Origin: Malacoraja senta
Lineage: Eukaryota
Assembly (NCBI GenBank): GCA_038087875.1
Contig: CM075981.1
Span: 1,116,001 to 1,180,000 of the forward strand
Direction: 5' to 3'
Length of the DNA stretch: 64,000 nucleotides
A program made the translations under genes and the position numbers. Numbering within the stretch: position 1 is the first letter of the stretch; each line of letters begins with the position of its first letter. Below the pieces are notes generated by a model. It had not been told where the DNA came from. It saw nothing but the letters and a program-made list of their open reading frames with translations, and ran no database searches. Below are positions 12,581-23,579 of the stretch, in pieces.

Positions 12581-13375
12581 CTGTGGAAAGCAGCAAACAA
12601 TCAGATACTGAGTGAACATCTGAAAATCAAACACTCGCCAAAAACCACCAGCTCTGTATCTTAGCCAGAGCCGCCAGGTTGGTATCTGACCCATCAATCT
12701 ACAGAGAGTCATAGACTCGTCCCGTGTAGAAACAGGCCCTTCGGTCTAACTTGCCCACGCTGACCAACACGCCCAATCTGCACTAGTTCCACTGGTCCTT
12801 GCTTGACCCCTCTAAACTTACCCTATTCATGTACCTGCCCAAATGTTTCTTAAATGTTCCGATAGTACCTGCCATAACTACTTCCGTCGACAGTTCATTT
12901 CATATACCGACCAACCTTGTGTAAAAACGTTATTCCCAGTAACTCCCGAGTCCCCTTAAATCATTCCCCCCTCATCTTAAAACTATGTCCTCTGGTTCTC
13001 GATTCCCCCACTCTGGACAAAAGACTCGATCTACTCGATCTATTCGTCGCATGATTTGTTTTACCTGCCAGAAGATCATCCCTCATCCTCCTGCGCTCCA
13101 AGAAATATAGTAATCGACCCCTCCCTCAACCCGTCCCTGTAGGTCGGGCCCTAAAGTCATCGCTATATCCTTGTAAGTCTTCTCTGCGCCCTATCCAACT
13201 TGTCAGCATCTTTCCTATAACATGGTGATTAAAACTGACCACTAATCAGACAAATCATCAGACAATCTTGGATGTACACAAAAATGCTGGAGAAACTCAG
13301 CGGGTGCAGCAGCATCTATGGAGCGAAGGAAATAGGTAACGTTTCGGGCCGAAACCCTGCTCTTTTACTTTTCAG

Positions 13376-13747
13376 GAATTACCAGCAGGAAAGGGGAGCA
13401 TCGTTTATGCAACAGTGTTGGATATTCAAAGCAACAAGGAAGATGCCCATTTGTCTAATGGGAATCAAACTGTGTATGGAGTGCAATTTCGAAGGAAATC
13501 GACAGGGACACACTCCAGTACAGATGAGGACAATGTCAGCTACACAGATATTACATTTCAAAGCGACAGCCAAATTGCCCGTCAGAAAGGTCCTTCTCCT
13601 CACAATCCATTCACCAGATTTATACATCTCTGTGTCTCTCCATCCTCCCAGCTGCCAGAACAACCATGTCTGCCACTGTACCAGTACACAGCAGCACCAT
13701 CTCCCTTTGTTTTACAATTCCAGCATCTGCAGTTAATCTTCTTTTAA
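13376..13747 (+). pseudogene. Antisense-oriented paralogue of the ITIM terminal exon (copy 1), open for 123 codons
   Basis: cttttacttttcag|GAA, phase 0. Encodes ELPAGKGSIVYATV...EDAHLSN...VSYTDITF and aligns with the 4398 exon. No plus-strand Ig or TM exons were found upstream. Confidence 0.75.
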
Positions 13748-13760
13748 TCTGAAACTCGGC

Positions 13761-13905
13761 CACAATCCTACAAAACCAACATTCAATCAGCTCATTAGTG
13801 CAACAGTATCACTATCAACAACTTTTTAATTTCCTTGTATAAAACTGTTGAGAATGATACTGTTGCATGAATGAGGCGTGTGAATGGCGGTATTGTAGAA
13901 TTGTG
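13761..13905. repeat. Long inverted repeat (hairpin), copy 1 of 3
   Basis: Arms ctcattagtgcaacagtatcactatcaaca and tgttgagaatgatactgttgcatgaatgag. Other copies at 23286-23424 and ~38153-38290. Confidence 0.85.
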
Positions 13906-13974
13906 TGTGGGGAGCGAATGGGAAAGAGGAATAACATAAAACTAGTGTGACCGGTGATCGCTAGTCAATAGGCA

Positions 13975-14861
13975 ATAGACAATCAACAACAGGTGCAGGA
14001 GTAGGCCATTCGGTCCTTCAAGCCAGCATCGCTATTCAATGTGATCATGGCTAATCATCCCCAATCAGTACCCATTCCTGCTTTCTCCCCATATCCCCGG
14101 ACTCCGCTATCTTTAAGAGCTGTACCTAGCTCTCTTGAAAGTATCCAGAGAACCAGCCTCCACCACCCTCTAAGGCAGAGAATTCCACAGACTCACAACT
14201 CTCCGTCAGAAAAAATGTTTCCTCGTCTCAGTAATAAATGGCTTACCACTTATTCTTAAACTGTGGCCCCTGGTTCTGGACTCACCCAACATCGGGAACA
14301 TGTTTCCTGCCTCTAGCGTGTCCAAACCCTTAACAATTTTATATGTTTCAATAAGATACCCTCTCATCCTTCTAAGCTCCAGAGTGTACAAGCCCAGCCG
14401 CTGCATTTTCTCAGCATATGACTGTCCCGCCATCCCGGTAATTAAACTTGTAAACCTACGCTGCACTCCCTCAATAGCAAGAATGTCCTTCATCAAATTA
14501 GGGGACGAAAACTGCTCAAAATACTCCAGGTATGGTCTCACTAGGGCCCTGTACAACTACAGAAGGACCTCTTTGCTCCTATGCTCGACTCCTCTTGTTA
14601 TAAAGGTCAACATGCCATTTGTTTTCTTCGCTGCCTGCTGTACCTGCATGCGTATTTTCATAGACTGATGAACAAGGAACCCCAGATCCCGTTGTACTTC
14701 CCCTTTTCCCAACTTGACACCATTTAGATAGTCATCTGATTTCCTGTTTTTGATACCAAAGTGGATAACCTCACATTTATCCACATTAAACTTCATCTGC
14801 CATGCATCTGCTAACTCCCCCAACCTGTCCATGTCAGCCTGCATTCTCATAGCATCCTCCT
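13975..14861 (-). mobile_element. CR1 LINE 3' part, truncated by the assembly gap; same insertion site as the CR1 at 38355-42810
   Basis: CR1 RT C-terminal ORFs. Both copies follow ggtgatcgctagtc. Confidence 0.85.
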
Positions 14862-15061
14862 NNNNNNNNNNNNNNNNNNNNNNNNNNNNNNNNNNNNNNN
14901 NNNNNNNNNNNNNNNNNNNNNNNNNNNNNNNNNNNNNNNNNNNNNNNNNNNNNNNNNNNNNNNNNNNNNNNNNNNNNNNNNNNNNNNNNNNNNNNNNNNN
15001 NNNNNNNNNNNNNNNNNNNNNNNNNNNNNNNNNNNNNNNNNNNNNNNNNNNNNNNNNNNNN
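14862..15061. other. Assembly gap (200 N)
   Basis: Run of N. Confidence 1.
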
Positions 15062-18000
15062 ACCTAAGGCACTAACATCAGTCTGTAATATAACTGAAGG
15101 TGATTCAATCAAATTTTGCTGGAACAACTCGAAATGTTTCTAATCCACCACTGAATTTCAACAATGGCTTCAGTTGGCAATTGCATGGGTCTATTGAAAT
15201 GACCTGCATGATTCCTGGGTGCCTGTACCTTTGCCCTCTGTAACTGTTGGTAATGCAAAGGTCCATAATGTGCAGCTGGAAAGGCTGCTACCAATTTGCC
15301 AATCAAGCTGGCCACATGCCTAATTGAAGGTGATTGCTCTTCCATGAGCTTGATACAGCCTTCAATTAAATCTAATCTCTTGCCCTTGGGTAGAGTTACA
15401 GACATGCGAGTTGAATTAACTGTGAATCCCAGAAAATCAATAACTTTAACCAATACAATACAATACAATACGGTTTTATTCGTCACATTGCACATAAAGT
15501 GCAAGTGAAATGAACATAACCGGTATCAATTTTGATTTAGTTGGATGAATTAGAAACCCCAGTGTCTCAAACACGAGTTAAACAGCTGAAACAGATAACT
15601 CAGCTGCTTCCCAAGTTTTCCCAATTATTAAGATATCATCTAAATAAGCCATTACAATGTGACCCTGAACCAGGAGTAGTCCGAATGCTGGTTAGCAGCT
15701 TTGTAAATAATCTAGGGGCTGAGGTTAACCCATTAGGCAGCGCTTTAAATTGCCACAACTGCCTCATCCAACTAAATTTCAAATATCTCCGATGGTCTTC
15801 ATGAACAGGCACTGAGTAATATGCATCCTTTAAATCTATACATGCCATATAACACCCTCTGAAAACCAATTGCTTGGCAGTGGCAAAGTTTCCATCTTGA
15901 AATGCTTATACTGCACAAACGGATTAAGGTCCGTCAGGTCCAAAATAATCCGACTATCACCATCTTTCTTTGGTCTAGGAAAAATGTTAGATACGAATTG
16001 GTGAGGTTGACAAACTGTTTTCTCAATTACACCTTTTATATATAATTTTTTTTAATTTCAGCCTGAACCTCCAAATTTTCTTTTTGTGAGAACACAAGTG
16101 CCCGCCTTGGTTTATGTTGTGTAGGCGGACACAAATTAGAAATGAATTCAATTCGAAACCCTTGTATAGCTTGCAGTTATAAACAATTCTGATGTTATCC
16201 CATACCATTCTTTCAGAAACCAGTGTAACCTTCCCCCAACTGGTAGGTAATTCTCACTGGATATGTTTCGACAAGCACCAGACCCACCTACCTCCATGGT
16301 TACAGGTGGAGTTCTTTGTCCCCTGGCTCTGGTGGGAAACGGCATGGTTGCTCGTGCTGCTGCTGGAGTGTGCCAGCTGCGCACATTGAATGGCCCGGAC
16401 CCGGTTTCGGCAAACCGCTTGTAGGGGTGCTGCCTCCGAAGGGTTCTGCTGGTCATTGGCACCTTAATGAGCCCGACGGTCTTTGCCTCGTCATCCAACT
16501 CCTTCACCCGCTTACCGAGGTCTTCCCCAAACAAAAGATTTGGTGGCTGGACGTTGCTTGGCTTACTCAGGGCAGCGAATTTCGGGTTTAATTGTAGGGC
16601 GGATGGCGCTCTTTCTAAAGCAGTTTTAATCTCAAAGTGCACATCGCACATGAGAGCCAGGGCATCCTGCTGAACCTCAGTCAGGTGCCCCCCATCCACC
16701 AACATCCCGAATGCCGTAATGCCAGAAGCAAGTAGCTTCAGTATCCTAGAAACATAGAAACATAGAAAATAGGTGCAGGAGTAGGCCATTCCGCCCTTCT
16801 AGCCTGCACCGCCATTCAATATGATCATGGCTGATCATCCAACTCAGTATCCTGTACCTCCATACCCCCTGATCCCTTTAGCCACAAGGGCCACATCTAA
16901 CTCCCTCTTAAATATAGCCAATGAACTGGCCTCAACTACCTTCTGTGGCAGAGAATTCCAGAGATTCATCACTCCCTGTGTGAAAAAATGTTTTTCTCAT
17001 CTCGGTCCTAAAAGATTTCCTTAAATGGTAACCCCTTGTTCTGGACTTCTCCAACATCGGGAACAATTTTCCCTGCATCTAGCCTGCCTTAAGAATTTTG
17101 TAAGTTTCTATAAGATCCCCCCTCAATCTTCTAAATTCTAGTGAGTACAAGCCGAGTGTATCCAGTCTTTCTTCAAATGAAAGTCCTGACATCCCAGGAA
17201 TCAGTCTGGTGAACCTTCTATGTACTCCCTCTATGGCAAGAATGTCTTTGCTCAGATTTGGAGACCAAAAACTGTACGCAATACTCCAGGTGTGGTCCCA
17301 TCAAGACCCTGTACAACTGCAGTAGAACCTTCCTGCTCCTATGCTCAAATCCTTTTGCTATGAATGCTAACATACCATTCGCTTTCTTCACTGCCTGCTG
17401 CACCTGCATGCCTACTTTCAATGACTGGTGTACCATAACACTCAGGTCTCGTTGCATCTCCCCTTTTTCTAATCGGCCACCATTCAGATAACAGTCTACT
17501 TTCCTGTTTTGCCACCAAAGTGGATAACCTCACATTTATTCACATTATACTGCATCTGCCATGCATTTGCCCACTCACCCAGCCCTATCCAAGTCACCTT
17601 GCAGCCTCCTAGCATCCTCCTCACAGCTAACACTGCCCCCAGCTTCGTGTCATCCACATACTTGGAGATGTTGCATTCAATTCCCTCGTCCAAATCATTA
17701 ATATATATTGTAAATAGCTGGGGTCCCAGCACTGAGCCTTGCGGTACCCCACTAGTCACTGGCTGCTATTCTGAAAAGGACCGTTTACTCTGCAGTTTCA
17801 TCTCCTGCGCCCTGATGCCTACTCCCATATGGCCCCAAATGGCATGGTTTACTGCTGGCACTTTAAGCTGGATGCAATTAGCAGGGGTATCATATCTACG
17901 AGCTGTTGCATCCACGGTCAGCTCTTGAAGCTGGTGCGAGGCCAAGTAGTTTATTGTGGCAGCCAATTCCTCACCCAGCGGCTCCACCGAATCTGTCTGG

Positions 18001-18689
18001 ACGGCAAATCTTGGTCCTCCGGCTCGTGCCCTTCGTCCCTTGCGGCAGCCTCCAATGCTAAGCCCACAGACTCGGCGTCACTCATACTGACCCGGTATGC
18101 TCTCCTCCTCCTCGAGGGGAGACATTAGGCAACACTGTAATTGGCGCTGCTGGCTCGGGCTCTTGAAGAGACCGGCGCTCTGGATGGACCATCCCCTCCA
18201 TAAGGAGATCCATTCTGTATAACCGTCCAAAGACAGTATCCATTCTTGGAGGGGAACCCTCCCGACTGGACTCGTCGGAGTCTATCGGCCGTACAGACTT
18301 TCTGGTAGCTTTACGCCCCACCGGCGTAGCCACGGTGCTCTCAGACACCAAGTCTGCAGTCGCTGGTTTGACTATTAGCGACTCCGTAGATGAGCTAGGC
18401 GGCCGCCCGCTACCCGCACTCCCGCGGTCGTTAGTTACTTTCGCAACGACTCGCCTTGCTCTCAACGATTTCTCCATGCTTGGACTTGCCCTCCTGAAAC
18501 AAGATTTAACAAGCGCAGAAAACGACCTCCGACTAAGTTTGACACTTACCTGGGGCTTTTTTTTTTAAACTTACCGCTGGAGGAGCGCTGCTCCTCCGAA
18601 CTGGTCGCTGCGCCATGCGTCAGACGTAATGACGCGCATGCCGAAGGGCGGGGTTCTTCAAGGAATCACTCACGTGACTCCGAAGTAAA
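15062..18689 (-). mobile_element. Degenerate DIRS-type (tyrosine recombinase) retrotransposon: gag-like and RT/RNase H regions, interrupted by a CR1 (16748-17787) and a small Rex-type tail (~15451-15515)
   Basis: Encodes KKDGDSRIILDLTDLN, CIDLKDAYYSVPV...LPNGLTSAPRLFTK, FLGF, SLIGKL and gag-like LLFGEDL. The frame EMKLQ|RILKLLASG rejoins across the CR1 insert. Confidence 0.8.
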
Positions 18690-18834
18690 ATCCATATGGA
18701 TAGACAGGAATAATAAAAACGGATCAATTCTAATGGTGGGAGATGGGGCAATAAATATGGAAACAGATGAGGCCAATTAATAAAATTAATAAAACATGAT
18801 AATGCTTAATCTCACACCCTCGATATTACTTGGA

Positions 18835-19018
18835 TTACCGCGGTAAGTGTGTGGATGGGGAACTCGTGCTCGAAAAATCGGTTAAAGGTTCGGTAATATC
18901 AGCGTGCATTTTATTAACGTTCTTATTTCCTAACGCAAATATCACACAGAGTGTGATAGAAAGCCAGATCCATTTCAATTGTAATAAGATAAATAACAAA
19001 GTGTTCCCACTTTCATGA
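18835..19018 (-). CDS. Transmembrane plus short tail exon with an intramembrane Lys (activating, adaptor-coupled type)
   Basis: tattccctcacaatatag|T CAT is a phase-2 acceptor, matching the AG| end of the stalk exon. Encodes (S)HESGNTLLFILLQLKWIWLSITLCVIFALGNKNVNK...THLPR*; the tail has no Tyr. Confidence 0.72.
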
Positions 19019-19731
19019 CTATATTGTGAGGGAATATTCAGGGATATTATTTTTTTAATGGTTTCAAGGTTCAATGTGTAAGAGAGGGTCAGTTCGCTGT
19101 TTTCGGTCTGATTCAAGACTGTTTTCTCACATTATTTAACTAATAACTGGTTTGCAAGTTATATATATATTATTAATTAATATTTAAGAGATAAATTTAT
19201 ATTTGGTGTCGGGCTTGAAACATGTACAAACATTGATTATGTTTCCTGATATTTGGGTTCATTGGATCAAAGACCCAAAGAGAAACACTGTATCATTTGG
19301 CCGTTCAGTCAACTGCTTTCACACGATTCCTGTGTCAATCCTATTTTTAATTTCCCCCACTTTCTCAACAACTAACACTACCGTCCAATAACCCCCCCCC
19401 CTCCCCCGCCCCACCCACTCTTCACAGATTCAACTGCTCTCCTGTACACACGGGGCAATTTACAACTGGCTCATCTTTGGGGGCTGGGAGAAAACTGGAA
19501 CACAATTAAAGGCAAAACATACAGACCACACATAGCAGCACCTAATGAATCTATGTCCTGGCGTTGTGAGGCTTTGGCTCTACAAGCTGTGGCATAGTGC
19601 ATTCAGATCAATACTCTCACGTATTTAATGCCAGTGAAAGGAAGGCACAACTTTCTCCCAAATAAAGCATTCCCAATTAGTACACCAGCAATTAGTACAT
19701 TGTAACTTTCATTGGAAAAAGGGCATTTTAC

Positions 19732-19780
19732 CTTGCAGAGTAATTGGATGTTATCGAATTTTCACAAGAATATTCATGAC
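19732..19780 (-). CDS. Stalk exon (49 nt, phase 1 to 2)
   Basis: ttttatttccttgttccaacag|GTCAT...GCAAG|GTAAAA encodes (G)HEYSCENSITSNYSA(S). Confidence 0.82.
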
Positions 19781-21012
19781 CTGTTGGAACAAGGAAATAA
19801 AAGTCAGTTTCACTGCTTTTCACTTGCAGTTGAACAAGTGGGTATGATTTTCCGATTTATGGAGTTGATAGGCTTCTTCTGTGTGATTTGCAGTAAATGG
19901 GAGATGTTATCATACCAAGCAGGAGTGATGGGAACAACTCTGGCGCCAGGTTTAGATGGCACGGTGGCGCAGCGGTAGAGTTGCTGCCTTACAGCGTCTG
20001 TACGGAATTTGTACCTCCTCCGTGTGACCGCGTGGGTTTTCTCCAAGCACTCCAGTTTCCCCGCATTCTGAAGTCGTGCAAGTTTGTTGGTTAATTGGCT
20101 TCTGTAAATTGTCCTCATGGAACTAGTGTACTGGTGATTACTGGACTTTGTGTACTCAGTGGGCCGAAGAGCCTGCTTCCACGATGTATCCATAAACTAA
20201 TCAAAAGGGTGCAATTTCACTTGAAAGGAGTATTGCTTGGGATGAAACATTACCGTTATGGGGAGGGGCTGGATAGGGGTTTTATAAAATTCCATGCAGA
20301 ACAGGTGAGGAAGGGGGAACCCGTTACAGGTGTGCAAAACTGTGAGCAGCATAGACAGGGTATTTTGGAACATATTGCATGACAGATATGTGTAAAGTGG
20401 AGAACATATGGTTAAGTTAAGGAGCAGGATGTTTCAAGGGTATCAAGACATATTTTTAAACCGAGAAGATAGAGGTACCTGAATTGCCACAATGGACGAG
20501 GTGGTGGTAAATGGGATTAGTATTGATAGTACTGAATGGTCAAGATTAACACAGTGGACAAAATCAGATACCGTCGTCAAGGAGATAACTGTGGCCACAT
20601 TTACTGATAATTTCTGATCCCTTCCCATATTTGAGTGTTGGTCTTATGGAGATGATGGAAAGTGAAAATGCTTGGACTGATGTCACTGCAAACCTAGTTT
20701 AAAGCTGTGTAAACATAAGAGGTAGTTCTAGCCCGGAAGATGGCCTACACCAGCACTGGAAAAACTATTTCTGTAGCCCAGCAATAAAATATTGACAATA
20801 ATTCCATCAATTTTAGCTGGATAAGTTAATTAAATAACGTGCATGGATTTCAGGGTGTCGGGGTTATGGGGAGAAGGCAGTAGAATGGGGTGAAGAGGGG
20901 AAGATAGATCGGCCATGATTGAATGGGTCTATTTCTGCTTCTTACACGTGTGATCTTATGAACCACCCCACGCCAACTTCCCCTTCTTCTCCTCATTCCC
21001 TCCACCACTTAC

Positions 21013-21335
21013 CAGCGCCATAGATTTTCACGAGGAAACTGCAGGGCATGTCACTGCTGGAGATGGACACGTTGACCATTTCACTGGATTTTGATCCACG
21101 TTGATTTGAGGCTGTGCAATAATATTGATGGTGCTGGTGTTTGAATGATTGACAATGTAGATCCAGGGTTTTGTCGTCTCTGAGATCTTGGAATCCTTAG
21201 ATGGGGTCTTTTCATACCAGCTGTAGCTAATGGGAAGGGATCCACTGACCGACTCACAGGACACTGTCACTGAGCCCCCGAGACAGGAGACATTGGCTGG
21301 TGACAGAAATTCAAGCTCAGGAACAGACACTGGTT
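21013..21335 (-). pseudogene. FCRL-like C2 exon (C2b) with a 2-bp frameshift (323 nt versus 321 nt in its paralogue)
   Basis: Splice sites are intact. TCA GA GAC GAC contains a dinucleotide duplication at ~21177-21182, giving a premature TGA at 21030-21028. Confidence 0.8.
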
Positions 21336-21519
21336 CTGTGGGAAAGGAGGAAACACTGGGAACATCTGAAAAATCAAACACTCGCCAATATCCAGCATTT
21401 CTGTATCTTAGCCAGAGCCGCCAGGTTGGAATCTGACCCATCCATCTCCATAGAGTCATAGAGTCATACAGAGTAGAAACAGGCCCTTCAGTCGAACTTG
21501 CCTGTGCTGACCAACACGA

Positions 21520-22345
21520 CATAGAAACATAGAAACATAGAAAACATATAAAATAGGTACAGGTGGAGGCCATTCGGCACTTCGAGCCAGCACCGCCATT
21601 CATTGTGATCATGGCTGATCGTTCCCTATCAATAACCCGTGCCTACCTTCTCCCCATATCCCTTGACTCCACTAGCCCCTAGAGCTCTATCTACTGTACT
21701 CTCTCTTAAATCCATCCAGTGGCCTCCACTGCCCTCTGTGGCAGGGAATTCCATAAATTCACAACTCTCTGGGTGAAAAAGTTTTTTCTCACCTCAGTCT
21801 TAAATGACCTCCTATAACACGGTGGCCCCTGGTTCTTGACTCGCCCAACATTGGGAACATTTTTCCTGCATCTAGCTTGTCCAGTCCTTATATAATTTTA
21901 TATGTCTCTATAAGACCCCCCCCCCTCATCCTTCTAAACTGCAGTGAATACAAGCCTAGTCTTTTCGATCTTTCCTCATATGACAGTCCCGCCCTCACAG
22001 GGATCAATCTCGTGAACCTACGCTGCAATGCCTCAATCACAAGGATGTTCTTCCTCAAATTAGGAGACCAAAACTGTACACAATACTCCAGATGTGGTCT
22101 CACCAGAGCCCTATACAACTGCAGAAGAACCTCTTTACTCCTATACTGAAATCCTCTTGTTATGAAGGCCAACATTCCATTAGCTTTCTTCACTGCCTGC
22201 TGTACCTGCACGCCAACTTTCAGTGACCGGTGTACAAGGACATCCAGTTCTCGCTGTACCCCCCCCTTACCTAACCTAACCCCATTGAGATAATAATCTG
22301 CCCCCCTTCGTTTTGCAGCCAAAGTGGATAACCTCACATTAACCT
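21520..22345 (-). mobile_element. CR1 LINE 3' part with (TTCTATGT)n tail, nested in an older CR1 end
   Basis: ORF 21888-22337 is CR1 RT C-terminus; the insert is absent from the 12.7-kb paralogue. Confidence 0.85.
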
Positions 22346-22896
22346 CACGACCAATCTACACTAGTTCCACCTGCCCTTTCTTGGCCCTTAACCCCCTAAA
22401 CTTATCTTATTCATATACCTGTCCAAATGTTTCTTAAATGTTGCGATAGTACCTGCCATAACTACACCTGTCGGCAGTTCGTTTCATATACCTACCAACA
22501 TTTGAGTAAAAACGTTACTCCCCATGTCCTTGTTAAATCATTCCCCCCTCATCTTAAACCTATGTCCTCTGGTTCTCGATTCCCCTACTCTGGGCAAACG
22601 ACTTTGTGCATTTACTCGATCTATTCATCGCATGATTTTGCACCTGCCATAAGATCATCCCTCATCCTCATGCGTTCCAAGAAATAATGTCCTAGTCTGC
22701 TCAATTTTCTATTGTCTATTGTCTATTGTCTATAACCCCTCCCTGTAAGGCAGGCCCTCAAGTCATCGCATCATCCTTGTAAGTCTTCTCTGCGCCCTAT
22801 CCAACGTAACAGCATCTTTCCATAATCATGGTGATTAAAACGGACCATAAATCAGACAAATCATCAGACAATCTTGCAATCTCTTTTACATTTCAG

Positions 22897-23269
22897 GAAT
22901 TGCCAACAGGAAAAGGGAGCATCGTTTATGCAACACTGTCGGACATTCAAAGCAACAACGAAGCTGCCCATTGGTCTAATCAAAATCAAAATGTGTATGC
23001 AACAGTGCAATTATGAAGGAAATCGACAGGGACACTCCTGTGCAGATGAGGACAATGTCTGCGACACAGATGTTACATTTCAAAGCGACAGCCAAATTGC
23101 CCGTCAGAAAGCTCCTGCTCCTCACAATCCATTTAGCAGATTTATACTTCTCTGTGTCTCTCCATCCTCCCAGCTGCCAGAACTACCATGTCTGCCACTG
23201 TACCAGTACACAGCAGCACCATCTATCTTTGTTTTTCAATTCCAGCATCTGCAGTTAATCTTCTTTTAA
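22897..23269 (+). pseudogene. Antisense ITIM-exon paralogue (copy 2), truncated after 39 codons
   Basis: cttttacatttcag|GAA encodes ELPTGKGSIVYATLSDIQSNNEAAHWSNQNQNVYATVQL*. A 2-bp deletion follows downstream. Confidence 0.72.
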
Positions 23270-23579
23270 TCTGAAACTCTGCCACAATTCTACAATACCA
23301 ACATTCAATCACCTCATTAGTGCAACAGTATCACTATCAACAACTTTTAAATTTCCTTGTATAAAATTGTTGATAGTGATACCGTTGCACTAATGAGGTG
23401 TGTGAATGGCGGTATTGTAGAATTATGTTTAGGGAGCGAATGGGAAAATATAATAATATAGAACTGGTGTGACCGGTGATCGCTAGTCGGTGTGGACTCC
23501 ATGGGCCGAAGGATCCGTTTTCAAGTTGCATTTGTAAACTACTACTAAATATCCGGGTGAACCTTTTCTGCAACCTCCG

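Larger units (their letters stand above)
10240..13975. repeat. Segmental duplication of the stalk-C2b-inverted ITIM block, paralogous to ~19140-23490; the part from 12715 onward is also paralogous to ~37205-39250
   Basis: Colinear shared non-repeat sequence, e.g. gactgatgtcactgcaaacctagtttaaagctgtgt at ~11960 and ~20675. Confidence 0.88.

Noticed and set aside
4123-13747. dsRNA pairing between the sense ITIM exon and its antisense paralogues within one pre-mRNA
   Set aside because: Similarity is evident only at the protein level; I saw no long nucleotide match that could pair.
14750-15127. ORFs containing long X runs (also 55543-56039)
   Set aside because: Artefacts of translating assembly gaps.
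21336-21612. Long ORF 21028-21612 extending the C2b exon upstream (MGQIPTWRLWLRY...)
   Set aside because: It reads through intron and CR1-tail sequence, the paralogue at 12580 is not open in that frame, and the true acceptor is at 21335.
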